Shown here: positions 10,167 through 19,660 of the stretch, one piece after another | Layout of the letters: the number at the start of each line of letters is the position of its first letter | Position numbering within the stretch: the first letter of the stretch is position 1 | Virus record (IMG/VR): IMGVR_UViG_3300035696_000005 | Coordinates: 1-64,000 of that record | Length of the DNA stretch: 64,000 nt | Direction: 5' to 3' (one strand) | DNA from: a virus | The notes under the pieces: model-generated | The model's input: the letters and a program-made list of their open reading frames with translations, nothing else | Database searches by the model: none | Told to the model about the DNA's origin: nothing | Program-made: the position numbers and the translations under genes

Positions 10167-13100
10167 GAAACTTATTTAAACTAAGCACGTTATTACTGCT
10201 TACTTACTCTGTAGCATCAGCTGAAATAATTCAAAACAACCCGCCTATCGTTTGGGGTCCTAATCTCCAAGCCACTACTATAGACAGCGGTGGATTGAAT
10301 GTGCCTTCTACCAGCACGACAGCGCTGCAGGTTAACTCGACCTCGCTCGTCTTCGATGCTACCAATAACGTTCTTGGTATTGGCCACGCACCTACTCCCG
10401 GAAACCTAATCGACGCTCAAATGAACGCTTCTGCCGACGTTCCTGTTTTGGCTACCGTGTTTGGTACTGGTGGACACACCACCTTCAGATCCCGTGCAGC
10501 AAGAGGAACCTCAGCCTCACCTAGCGCAACTCAATCAGGAGATGTGCTTGGTTCTTACGGTGCGGTCGGTTACGGAGCTTCGCAATTTCCGACGGTAAAC
10601 ACTGGTGCAATCCACATGGTAGCGGGTGAAAATTTCACCAATACTTCAAACGCCACTTACATGACCTTCCTAACTGCCCCTACTGGAACGGTTGCCGGTA
10701 CTGAGAGAATGCGTTTGAATACTAACGGCAATCTCTTGGTAAACACCACCACGGATAACGGTCTCGCCCAGATTCAGTCAGCGTCAATAACTCAGGCTCA
10801 GCTATCCCTCGGGTATGATGCAACTTCTAACTATTCGCTGTTCACTGTTGATTCAACTAACGACCTCTCTTTTGGTCCAGCCACTAACCCATCTGGCAGT
10901 ACCGGTAATATTAACATCACAAGTGCTCCTGGCTATGCCACAGCTGGTGGTGGCTCGGGCGGTTCAATTAAGATTACTGCCTCAGCCGCTGCTGGCACTT
11001 CGAGCCATACTGGTGGAAGTATTACTCTCCTATCAGGAACAGGATCAGCTAGCGGTTTAGGTGGTGGGGTTTCTATTACGGCTGGTACTGGTGGTCCTGG
11101 AGCTGGAGTCACCGGACAACCTGGCGGTACCGCTACGTTTACTGGTGGTACTGGTGGTACTGGTAGTTCTAACGGTGGAGCCGGAGGGGCTGTTACAGTA
11201 AGTGGCGGCGCTCCTGGTGCGGCTTCAGGCGGTGCTGGTGGAGCATTAACACTTCAAGGAGCTAGCGGAACGACATCGGGCACTGGCGGAAACGGTGGAA
11301 GTCTCACACTATCGGCAGGAAACGCTAACGGAAATAATACAGTTAGCTATTCTGGAGGTAGCGTCTCTCTCACAGCTGGAAGTAGCATAGGTGCCAGTGC
11401 TGGTGGTGCAATTACTTTAACCACAGGCAATGGTGGACCAGGTGTCGGTACAGGTGGTGTAGCAAGCGGTCTTTTGACTTTGGCTACAGGTACTGGAGGA
11501 ACGGGAAGTGCAACATCAGCTAACGCTGCAGCTATTAACTTATCTCCAGGTACTGGTGGCGGTGGTGTTGCTGGCGGTAACGGGGGAAACCTTAACTTAA
11601 ATGCTGGTACTGGTGGTGTTGGAAGTTCTACCAGCGGTAACGGTGGAGCAATTAATATAACTAGTGGTCCTGCTGCCGCAGGAGCTGCCTCGCTTGGTGG
11701 TGCTATTGCGATAACTGCGTCTAATGGTTCATCTACAGGATCAGGCGGTGGTGGTGGCTCTATCACTATGACTGCCGGTAGTGGAAACAAAGGAGATAAC
11801 TCTGTAAACCGAACCGGCGGCTCAATTACGTTAACCGCAGGAATAGGTGGTGGTAGCAGTGCTGGTGGTGGGATTACCATTAACTCTGGGGTTGGTGGTG
11901 TAGGTACTGGTACAGCCGGGGCTGTTGGTGGAACCATAACTATCCAACCAGGAGCAGGTGGGATTGGTAGTGCAACATCAGGTAATGGCGGTACTGTTAC
12001 AGTTCAAGGTGGTGTTGGTGGTGCTGGTGTTGCCGGTGGAAACGGCGGCGCAACAACCCTACAGGGCGGTACTGGTGGCGTAGGAAGCTCAACCGGTGGA
12101 AACGGTGGCGGCGTCACGATCAACGGAGGGACCGCTGCGGCGGCGGCAGGAGCAAACGGTGGCGGTGTCACGGTCAACGGATCACCTGGAAGCACTACAG
12201 GCTCAGGTGGATCAGGTGGAAATGCTGCAATTCACGGAGGGGATGCGGGCGGCGACAATACTGTAAGTAACTCAGGTGGTAACTTTACTGCCACGGCTGG
12301 AGCGAGCAAAGGAAGCTCATCAGGCGGCACAGTCTCCATTACCGCTGGAACGGGCGGAGCTGGAACCGCTGGCGCAGGCGCAGGCGGTGGCTCCATTACG
12401 ATCACATCAGGAACAGGTGGGGTAGGAACCTCAACCTCTGGTAACGGTGGTGGCATCAGCGAGAGCGCTGGAACGGGAGGTTCAGGCGCATCATCTGTGG
12501 TGGGTGGAAACGGAGGAAATACTACGATCACCGGTGGTGCCGCAGGAACCGGCACGACCTCGCCAGGAAATGGCGGTTCGATCAGTATCACAGGCGGGTC
12601 GGCGACCTCGCAGGCTGGATCAAACGGAGGCTCTGCAACTATCGGTGGTGCTTCTGGGAGTACAACTGGATCAGGAGGTGCTGGCGGCGGTCTGACCCTG
12701 AATGGTGGAAATGCAAACGGAGACAACACCGTGAACCGGGCGGGTGGAGGCATTGGGGCCACAGCGGGAACCTCAAAAGGAAGCTCCACGGGCGGTACGA
12801 TCACATTGACCGCTGGAACCGGAGGAGCGGGAACTGGAACGGCTGGTGCAAACGGCGGACTCTTTTCAATTTTGGCTGGCGATGGTGGTGCGGGATCGGC
12901 CACAGGTGGAAACGGAGGAGGACTGCAGCTGAGCGGCGGACGCGGCGGAGCTTCAACCGCGAACGGAACAGGCGGAGTAATCACTTTTAGAACGGCCCCA
13001 AATACGAGCTACAATACCGTGGGTACAATCACAGCAGCAGGGCTATGGGGATTCGGAAACAATACTTCTCCCACTTACTTAATCGACGTACTTGGCGGTA

Positions 13101-13378
13101 ACGTCGGTGTTGCTACAGCAGGCGACGGCTATAGGACTAAAGAAGGATCTAACGCCAAGCAGGGAACAGCCACATTAGTAGCTGGTACTGTGACAGTAGC
13201 GAATACTAACGTCACAGCTACTAGTAGAATATTCTTAACTGCTCAATCTTTAGGAACTGTAAGTACTCCACAAGCTCTTGCTGTCACTGCTCGAACTGCA
13301 GGAACATCTTTCACGATAACGTCCGCCTCAGCATCTGATACGAGTGTCATTGCTTATGAAATATTTGAACCCTATTGA
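10163..13378 (+). CDS. Secreted Gly-rich fibre-like protein
   Basis: Signal peptide ..SVASA|E; about 700 aa of GG-x-GG repeats; beta-rich C-terminal tip domain. Confidence 0.8.
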   Translation: MRNLFKLSTLLLLTYSVASAEIIQNNPPIVWGPNLQATTIDSGGLNVPSTSTTALQVNSTSLVFDATNNVLGIGHAPTPGNLIDAQMNASADVPVLATVFGTGGHTTFRSRAARGTSASPSATQSGDVLGSYGAVGYGASQFPTVNTGAIHMVAGENFTNTSNATYMTFLTAPTGTVAGTERMRLNTNGNLLVNTTTDNGLAQIQSASITQAQLSLGYDATSNYSLFTVDSTNDLSFGPATNPSGSTGNINITSAPGYATAGGGSGGSIKITASAAAGTSSHTGGSITLLSGTGSASGLGGGVSITAGTGGPGAGVTGQPGGTATFTGGTGGTGSSNGGAGGAVTVSGGAPGAASGGAGGALTLQGASGTTSGTGGNGGSLTLSAGNANGNNTVSYSGGSVSLTAGSSIGASAGGAITLTTGNGGPGVGTGGVASGLLTLATGTGGTGSATSANAAAINLSPGTGGGGVAGGNGGNLNLNAGTGGVGSSTSGNGGAINITSGPAAAGAASLGGAIAITASNGSSTGSGGGGGSITMTAGSGNKGDNSVNRTGGSITLTAGIGGGSSAGGGITINSGVGGVGTGTAGAVGGTITIQPGAGGIGSATSGNGGTVTVQGGVGGAGVAGGNGGATTLQGGTGGVGSSTGGNGGGVTINGGTAAAAAGANGGGVTVNGSPGSTTGSGGSGGNAAIHGGDAGGDNTVSNSGGNFTATAGASKGSSSGGTVSITAGTGGAGTAGAGAGGGSITITSGTGGVGTSTSGNGGGISESAGTGGSGASSVVGGNGGNTTITGGAAGTGTTSPGNGGSISITGGSATSQAGSNGGSATIGGASGSTTGSGGAGGGLTLNGGNANGDNTVNRAGGGIGATAGTSKGSSTGGTITLTAGTGGAGTGTAGANGGLFSILAGDGGAGSATGGNGGGLQLSGGRGGASTANGTGGVITFRTAPNTSYNTVGTITAAGLWGFGNNTSPTYLIDVLGGNVGVATAGDGYRTKEGSNAKQGTATLVAGTVTVANTNVTATSRIFLTAQSLGTVSTPQALAVTARTAGTSFTITSASASDTSVIAYEIFEPY

Positions 13379-13387
13379 GAACTAATT

Positions 13388-13984
13388 ATGGAAATCGTAG
13401 CTGCGGGACTTCCCATTCCAATCGAGTATAGCGCTTACGACCAGTCGCCTGATTTGGTTGTCGCGATGTTGGTCTATGATGTTACGGCGGGGTATCCAGG
13501 AACCCTGGCAAGTACTGTCGTCATGACCCACATTATCAATGGAACGTATGGCGGAACTTTCACCCCACAACCCAACAAGATCTATGTAGTAAATAAAATG
13601 GTCTACACAAGTCTGACTTTGCTGACCACCGATTCTAGCTACAGTCCTGGATCTGAGTCCTTTGCTTCAAATACTTTCTATGCTTGCGAGATGGCTGCAG
13701 CGATTGACCCGGCTTTTGATATCCTCACTTTTCAGGTTTGGTTAGAACAAAATCGAGAAGTCGTCGCAAACCCACAAACAGCCGAGGTTAACGTTTTTAA
13801 CAGTCTGGGTGCCCCAATTGTAATTGGATTGATGTCTTCTACCCCGTCAAGCCAAGGTGTCTTCACGCTGACGTTCGATCATGCAAGTAACGTATTTGCA
13901 GCAAACCAGGCTTACACGGTCACCGTCTCAATTGGATTGGGACCAAATATTTTTGAAACCACAAAAGCTTTAACGGTGTTCTAA
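13388..13984 (+). CDS. Hypothetical beta-rich protein
   Basis: 198-aa ORF coupled to its neighbours. Confidence 0.65.
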   Translation: MEIVAAGLPIPIEYSAYDQSPDLVVAMLVYDVTAGYPGTLASTVVMTHIINGTYGGTFTPQPNKIYVVNKMVYTSLTLLTTDSSYSPGSESFASNTFYACEMAAAIDPAFDILTFQVWLEQNREVVANPQTAEVNVFNSLGAPIVIGLMSSTPSSQGVFTLTFDHASNVFAANQAYTVTVSIGLGPNIFETTKALTVF

Positions 13985-14199
13985 TGGCGATCAGATGCTT
14001 TGCCCAACAAACTGTTATTGCTTTTATCTACGGAGCGGAGGCCGCCTTGATTCCACCCCCAGCACCCACTTCACCTGGAAACCAACCCCCCGATGAGAAA
14101 GCATTAGGCTTCCCGCAGCTTCTTGCTTTTCACGTTGAATATAGCCAAACGCCTCTTACTGATTTTACTGAGAAGGTCGATGAAAGAACTCAACCCTAG
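13984..14199 (+). CDS. Hypothetical protein
   Basis: TAATG coupling to the upstream stop. Confidence 0.5.
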   Translation: MAIRCFAQQTVIAFIYGAEAALIPPPAPTSPGNQPPDEKALGFPQLLAFHVEYSQTPLTDFTEKVDERTQP

Positions 14200-14344
14200 C
14201 TTCGCAAGAGGCTTTCATAAGGTAGCGACTAAACACCTGCCTGACTGGTTGAGATCAGCTCATCAGAAGATTGATGGACCTAAACTTCCGTCCTACAGTA
14301 AACGCGGTATTCGTGAGATGCTGAAAAGGCGGGGTGTACGATGA
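14180..14344 (+). CDS. Small GFxKxA-motif protein
   Basis: MKELNPSFARGFHKVA. Confidence 0.65.
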   Translation: MKELNPSFARGFHKVATKHLPDWLRSAHQKIDGPKLPSYSKRGIREMLKRRGVR

Positions 14345-15210
14345 ATACAGTTAAGTGGAATACTTTCGTCGATTCAGACGTCGATTCTTTCAATATCTAT
14401 CGATCGATTACAGGATTGAGTATTACATTTCCAAACTCTCTTCAAACTGGAGATGTTTTCCAGTTTGCGGCTACGAGCCCTACGGTTCAGAAAGTTACTA
14501 TTGGAGCTACTGACATTAACTCGGTTGCGGCGGCAATCAACGCCCAAGCCAAAGGACTCACAGCGACCGTAAGCCAGTCTGGTTTGGTTCTTTTTATTCG
14601 TTGCACTGCCAAAGAGAGAGCGAGACTAAAGCTCTACCCGTGTACCTTCCTCACACACCTAAGTATTCCTGTCTCGATCATCGTCCCACGATCAAACTTT
14701 GTCTTACTCGCAAACGTGGCTTTCGTTCCAGCTCCTTCTGCCTATAGTTACAGCGACTTGGACGGCAATCCGCTTGACTGGTATCATATTACTTCGGTCA
14801 AGAGTTCCATTGAAACCATTCCAAGTATCGATCAGAAGCCCATTATTACCCCTGAATCAGTCTGCACCGTAGAAGGACGCGTGATTGATGTACAGAACAA
14901 TCCTATTGTCGGCGCAGAGGTCCGTGCTTCCCCTATAGGCGGCGTTGAGACTTCAGACAACTCAGGGCTCGTTACACCCGGGATTGTGGCTTATACGGAC
15001 GATTACGGGCGTTGGAGCATGCCCCTCATTCAAGGTAAGCGCTTATTATTTGAAATCGCTTCTATAGGGTACTCCCAGGTTTGTGTTGTTCCATCCCAAT
15101 CCTTTTGTCTTTTCCAGAATCTAGAACCTGTTGATAGTTACTACTTCAGCCCATCAGGAGACTTCACCGGGGGATTTGACGTAGGTGTTGATGAAGACAT
15201 TATCGAGTAA
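14341..15210 (+). CDS. Probable virion protein with C-terminal carboxypeptidase-regulatory-like sandwich
   Basis: VEGRVIDVQNNPIVGAEV...TDDYGRWS pattern. Confidence 0.6.
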   Translation: MNTVKWNTFVDSDVDSFNIYRSITGLSITFPNSLQTGDVFQFAATSPTVQKVTIGATDINSVAAAINAQAKGLTATVSQSGLVLFIRCTAKERARLKLYPCTFLTHLSIPVSIIVPRSNFVLLANVAFVPAPSAYSYSDLDGNPLDWYHITSVKSSIETIPSIDQKPIITPESVCTVEGRVIDVQNNPIVGAEVRASPIGGVETSDNSGLVTPGIVAYTDDYGRWSMPLIQGKRLLFEIASIGYSQVCVVPSQSFCLFQNLEPVDSYYFSPSGDFTGGFDVGVDEDIIE

Positions 15211-15214
15211 AATT

Positions 15215-15730
15215 ATGGATATACATTCAGAGCTTCAAAGGTCTGGACGATGGCCTAATGGGTGCCAGACGCACAGGACGTGTAAAACTTGTAAACAAAA
15301 CCTCCCAATAGAGAACTTCAAGGGAACCGTTTTAAAGAAAACAGGCAAGTTTTATCATACCCATGGCGCATGCAAAGCCTGCGAAAGTATCGCAAGAAAG
15401 ATAAAATATAGAAGCGGATTCAGAGAGCGATTAAAGACACTAATGAAAAACGCTGAAGGCAGGTCGAGAAGAGAAGACCTGCCTTTTGATCTGGATCTTG
15501 AGTTCATAATGGCTCTAGGTGAGCGCCAAGAATGGAAGTGCTTCTACAGCGGAGAACCAATGAATTTCTCTGGGGGCACCTATTCTGCTAGTATAGACAG
15601 AAGAGATCCCCACCGTGGTTATACTAGGGATAACGTAGTATTGACGCTGTGGGTTGTAAACAACATAAAAAGAAACTTACCCGAAGAGGTTTTTAGGGAT
15701 CTTTGTAAAAAGATTGGTGGAGTTAAGTAA
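15215..15730 (+). CDS. Free-standing HNH-like endonuclease
   Basis: CxxC...CxxC N-terminus; CFYSG...SIDRRDPHRGYTRDNVVL; AT-richer than flanks. Confidence 0.7.
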   Translation: MDIHSELQRSGRWPNGCQTHRTCKTCKQNLPIENFKGTVLKKTGKFYHTHGACKACESIARKIKYRSGFRERLKTLMKNAEGRSRREDLPFDLDLEFIMALGERQEWKCFYSGEPMNFSGGTYSASIDRRDPHRGYTRDNVVLTLWVVNNIKRNLPEEVFRDLCKKIGGVK

Positions 15731-17626
15731 GTGGCAGGAACTGGCGGCGGACTAGAAACAGCAGCAGTAGATCCAGATCTACGGATGAACGCATCGCGCA
15801 ACCAGTTGCGCTATCCGTCGCCGTTCTTTGATGTTTCTCAACAATATGTCCCGCCCACAATCAAGGAGCTTTTTAAGTGGGTCTACTACTACGCGACCAA
15901 CAATTCTTTTCTTGGTCCTGCGCTCTCTAAGATTGCCCGTTATCCCGTTACTGACCTGATCCTTGAGGATAACAACCCTCAGCTTGTTGAGAACTGGAAG
16001 ATGCTTCTTAATAGCACGCTTCAGATCAAGACCTTCCTGATGGAGACCAATTTGGACTTGGTCACTTACGGTAATGCTTTCGTTACCATTCACTACCCGT
16101 CAGCTCGCTTTCTTAAGTGCGAAAAGTGCAAAGAGATCTTTCCTTGGAAGATGATCCAAAAGAAGATCGATAACCTACGCATTAAGATCAAATGTCTCAA
16201 GTGTGGTTATGATGGCGATGCAATTGTAAGAGACGTTCCATTCAAGTCTGTTGAGAACTTACGTCTGGTTCGAATCAACCCGGAGTTCATCGACATCAAG
16301 TACAACGACGCTACTGGACGGCACACCTATCTCTATTCAATTCCAGATAAACTCAAGCGCCAGATCATGAGCGGTGACCCGGATATCTTAGAGGATACGC
16401 CGCAGATCTATATTGATGCGATCAAGCAGCGTAAGAAGATTAAACTGAGCGGGCAAAACCTATTTCACCTCAAGCGACCAACTCTTGCTGGTAAAGACAT
16501 GGGCTGGGGAATGCCCCTGATTGCTGTTGCGCTAAAAGATCTTTATTACTTCTACACTCTCAGACGCGGTCAGGAATGTATCATCAACGAGCACATTGTT
16601 CCGTTTGATATCTTGTTCCCACAGTCCAACGGTAAGTTTGACCCTTACGTTCACTCGGATATTTCTTCTTGGAAAAGGGAAATCGAAAGACAGCTTGCTG
16701 CTCGACGAAAAGACCCAAACTACAAAGCAGTTACTCCGTTTCCCATTGGCTTTGAACGTATCGGCGGTGATGGTAAAGCGCTCATGCTTACCCCGGAAAT
16801 GGACTTCCTCTCAAAGACCATTATCGGCTCCGTTGGTATCCCGCAAGAGTTCGTCTTTGGTGGATCAATGAACTGGACTGGTTCTAGTATCAGTCTAAGA
16901 ACGCTTGAAAACGATTTCCTGCATCACCGCTCACAGCTTCTCCAACTAACGATTTGGCTGGTAGAGCGCCTTCGTATTTACATGGGCATTCCTACGCCTA
17001 AGACCATTAAGTTCTCGGACTTTAAGATGGCTGACGACGTTCAAAAACTTCAGCTTCTTATGGGAATGGCTTCGAACGAAAAGCTCGACTGGGATAGCCT
17101 ACAAAAAGAACTGGGCTACGATCCAGAAGTCATTAGAAAGAAAATTGAAGAACAGAAACTCTTTGAAGCCAAGATGCTTGAGATGCAGACAATTCGCGCA
17201 GCGGAAGCTCAAGCCAAAGCCCAGAAAGTTCAGCTTCGCTATCAACAGCAGATGCAAGAAGAAGCCGTTAATCAGAATGCCCAGATGGCTGAGCAGGCAG
17301 GACAAACTGATCAGGTGGATACGACTACTCAAATGCCTCCTGGAGCGGGCGGACCTGCAGATGCAGCCGGTGAAGCTCAAGATAAGACCATTCAAGCATG
17401 GGCTAAGAAACTTTCACAACAAGATCCACAGGCTCAAGCCCAAGCTCTTGCAAGACTTCATCAGAGCAATCCAGATTTTGCAGCAAAACTTAAGATGGCT
17501 ATTGCTCAGTTCTCAATTCCACAAATGCCGGAGGGACAACCAGGACAACAAAAACAATCCCCGAAAGGAGCGGATATGAGGCCGCTACCAACTCAGCGAC
17601 CACCGCGTAGACAGGGAGGCATCTAA
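15731..17626 (+). CDS. Portal protein
   Basis: 631 aa; LVTYGNAF and GWGMPLI portal-like segments; Q/P-rich tail; head-gene context. Confidence 0.7.
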   Translation: MAGTGGGLETAAVDPDLRMNASRNQLRYPSPFFDVSQQYVPPTIKELFKWVYYYATNNSFLGPALSKIARYPVTDLILEDNNPQLVENWKMLLNSTLQIKTFLMETNLDLVTYGNAFVTIHYPSARFLKCEKCKEIFPWKMIQKKIDNLRIKIKCLKCGYDGDAIVRDVPFKSVENLRLVRINPEFIDIKYNDATGRHTYLYSIPDKLKRQIMSGDPDILEDTPQIYIDAIKQRKKIKLSGQNLFHLKRPTLAGKDMGWGMPLIAVALKDLYYFYTLRRGQECIINEHIVPFDILFPQSNGKFDPYVHSDISSWKREIERQLAARRKDPNYKAVTPFPIGFERIGGDGKALMLTPEMDFLSKTIIGSVGIPQEFVFGGSMNWTGSSISLRTLENDFLHHRSQLLQLTIWLVERLRIYMGIPTPKTIKFSDFKMADDVQKLQLLMGMASNEKLDWDSLQKELGYDPEVIRKKIEEQKLFEAKMLEMQTIRAAEAQAKAQKVQLRYQQQMQEEAVNQNAQMAEQAGQTDQVDTTTQMPPGAGGPADAAGEAQDKTIQAWAKKLSQQDPQAQAQALARLHQSNPDFAAKLKMAIAQFSIPQMPEGQPGQQKQSPKGADMRPLPTQRPPRRQGGI

Positions 17627-18000
17627 TGAACGAGTACCCTAGGGGCTACCTTCCTGAAGCAGTTGGCGCTACGAAGTATATGGAGAAAAGCCCCTTTGTT
17701 CAGGGCTTCCTTGCAGGCTTAAAGGGAATGCTTCTCGGAGCTCCCGCAGGCGCTGCAGTCCAAGCCATTCGCGGAGGAAGCCCCCTCACCGGCGCAATCA
17801 TTGGCGGTCTAGGTGCAGGCTTACTGAGTGGTATTGGAAAATCACTCGAACAAAAGATGGAGAATATTAATGTCGAAGAAGGAATGAGGTATCATATCGA
17901 GCAATTGAAGTCTCGTGAGCCTCTTGTGTTTATGCCTCCTCCTTCGATCTTTGGACCTGTCTTTAGACGCTTTCACGCAAGAGAACACGGGAGGATATAA
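17626..18000 (+). CDS. Glycine-zipper protein
   Basis: FVQGF motif then GAPAGAA...GAIIGGLGAGLLSG. Confidence 0.65.
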   Translation: MNEYPRGYLPEAVGATKYMEKSPFVQGFLAGLKGMLLGAPAGAAVQAIRGGSPLTGAIIGGLGAGLLSGIGKSLEQKMENINVEEGMRYHIEQLKSREPLVFMPPPSIFGPVFRRFHAREHGRI

Positions 18001-18212
18001 TGCTGATTGAAAAAACCACCCGTAAGATCCTAAGATTTGATTTAAATTCGCCAGAGGATTTGGCTGAATATAACCGCCTACTTGCAAACCCTGCTGTGAA
18101 GGTCATTGAAAAGCAGGTCCACGAACAGAAGGAAAGCCACTTCGAAAAAGACTTTAGCGAAACTTCAACCCACCACGTTGCCTATCTTGAGGTGGAAGAA
18201 TGTTCGCTCTAG
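18000..18212 (+). CDS. Hypothetical protein
   Basis: Coupled ORF with GGAGG RBS. Confidence 0.6.
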   Translation: MLIEKTTRKILRFDLNSPEDLAEYNRLLANPAVKVIEKQVHEQKESHFEKDFSETSTHHVAYLEVEECSL

Positions 18213-18640
18213 GTTTTCAAAAAATCGCAATGTACGCCAGACATAACGACGGCACTGAGTTTAAAATTCAGGATACCGAACCATCTCCTTATGTTGCGGG
18301 TGTGGGTGGTATGTCGCCTTCCGGAATCCCCTCCTATAAACCTACTGAAACTACAGGTATGGGTAAGCCAAAATACGGCCCACAGCTTTCCCCCAAGGCT
18401 GCCGAAAAACAAAGAGCACTAGACATTGCGATGCTCAGTAAGATGGCGTCCCTTGGCGATCCAAGGGATTCCACGGCTTACGTTGGGACACAGGGACAAG
18501 GAGCAGACACGCTTTGCTCTCAGTTTAAATACGAGTCGGGATTCAATAACATTACGGAAGGCATGGGTTATAATAAAACCAAAGCGCCAAGCCGCTTAAT
18601 GAAGAACTTAAAGCAGCTATACAAGGGAGCCAAGAAATGA
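18200..18640 (+). CDS. GFxKxA-motif protein
   Basis: MFALGFQKIA; GAGG RBS. Confidence 0.7.
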   Translation: MFALGFQKIAMYARHNDGTEFKIQDTEPSPYVAGVGGMSPSGIPSYKPTETTGMGKPKYGPQLSPKAAEKQRALDIAMLSKMASLGDPRDSTAYVGTQGQGADTLCSQFKYESGFNNITEGMGYNKTKAPSRLMKNLKQLYKGAKK

Positions 18641-19017
18641 ACGGATTTGCAAAAGGTTTTCAAAAAGTAGCAGCTGGAGCAAGTCTTCTTGAGGGTGCGG
18701 CAAGCGCAGCTAAAAAAATCGGCATTGGCGCTACACGCGTGGCCAAAGGCGCAGTGGGCGGTGCTGGAGAAGCGATGAAAGGCACTATCGGTGATGCACT
18801 GAAACTCAAAGGACTAAGCCATCTATCTGATGCTTACAAGACCCACGGCGTTGGAGGACTTAAGACCAAGGCCGGACAAAAGGCTTGGGGTGAGGCAATC
18901 GGTAAGGCTGCACCTTCTCTTGCGGCTGGCGGTGCTTACGCTGCTGCTGGTAAAAAGATTTACGATAAAACTCTGGGTTCCAATAAAGATCAAGCCTCTG
19001 CGGGGTATTATTACTGA
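18637..19017 (+). CDS. GFxKxA-motif Gly/Ala-rich protein
   Basis: MNGFAKGFQKVA; LAAGGAYAAAG segment. Confidence 0.75.
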   Translation: MNGFAKGFQKVAAGASLLEGAASAAKKIGIGATRVAKGAVGGAGEAMKGTIGDALKLKGLSHLSDAYKTHGVGGLKTKAGQKAWGEAIGKAAPSLAAGGAYAAAGKKIYDKTLGSNKDQASAGYYY

Positions 19018-19193
19018 TGGCTTTCAAAGAAGGTTTTAAGAAAGTAGCACAGGGAAGTATTGGTCAAATGATTGGCTTTCCAGGAGCTACGCCTAATGTC
19101 GGAAAGGCTACGCCCAAGCCGCCTCCTCCGCCCAAGAATGTTTCTGCTGGCGGTAAAACTCTTGGACAAATGATTGGGTTCCCCGGTAGTTGA
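19017..19193 (+). CDS. Small GFxKxA-motif protein (absent from the ORF track)
   Basis: MAFKEGFKKVAQGSIGQMIGFPG..., 58 aa, TGATG coupling. Confidence 0.75.
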   Translation: MAFKEGFKKVAQGSIGQMIGFPGATPNVGKATPKPPPPPKNVSAGGKTLGQMIGFPGS

Positions 19194-19202
19194 GAGAATA
19201 AG

Positions 19203-19427
19203 ATGTCATTTAAAACAGGCTTCCAAAAAATTGCTCAAGGTGACGCTATCGGCTCTGCCAGGGATATCAAAGATTTTACAAAAGGATATACCGCAGGCGG
19301 TCCCTCTCTTGCTCAAACCATGAGTAACTTTAAAAAAGCTTTTGGATTTGGAGGCGGTAATGCAGCCCCTAAGCCCATGGCACCTCCTCCAGCCGCACCC
19401 GGTAACGTTGGAAAGATGGGAGGCTAA
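19203..19427 (+). CDS. Small GFxKxA-motif Pro-rich protein
   Basis: MSFKTGFQKIA. Confidence 0.75.
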   Translation: MSFKTGFQKIAQGDAIGSARDIKDFTKGYTAGGPSLAQTMSNFKKAFGFGGGNAAPKPMAPPPAAPGNVGKMGG

Positions 19428-19628
19428 ATGGCGTTCAAAAAAGGTTTTCAGAAGGTTGCCACTGACGGAACTCTCGGTTCAAGAATCGGCTTTCCTGGAA
19501 GCGTTACAGCACCGCCCAAACTTCCAAAACAACCTGCTCCCCCAAAGACCCCTATCGGTACACCAGGAGTTGGAGAAGCCATGAGTAAAGGCTTCGCAAG
19601 TATTCGTAAAGCCTTTGGTGGGACCTAA
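19428..19628 (+). CDS. Small GFxKxA-motif Pro-rich protein
   Basis: MAFKKGFQKVA. Confidence 0.75.
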   Translation: MAFKKGFQKVATDGTLGSRIGFPGSVTAPPKLPKQPAPPKTPIGTPGVGEAMSKGFASIRKAFGGT

Positions 19629-19630
19629 CT

Positions 19631-19660
19631 AAAAAAAGAAGGGGCCGAAGCCCCTTCTCT
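19631..19660. terminator. Bidirectional intrinsic terminator
   Basis: AGAAGGGGC-CGAA-GCCCCTTCT with A-run on the left, between convergent genes. Confidence 0.8.

Noticed and set aside
11347-12984. Long Pro-rich minus-strand ORFs (11347-11937, 12232-12984)
   Set aside because: Antisense shadows of Gly (GGN) codons in the fibre gene; no RBS or independent features.
1-13378. Diversity-generating retroelement or invertase-driven fibre switching
   Set aside because: No reverse transcriptase, no template/variable repeat pair differing at adenines, and no recombinase with inverted sites.
18200-19628. GGTTTTCAAAAA as a DNA motif or frameshift site
   Set aside because: Other family members use different synonymous codons, so the conservation is at the peptide level.
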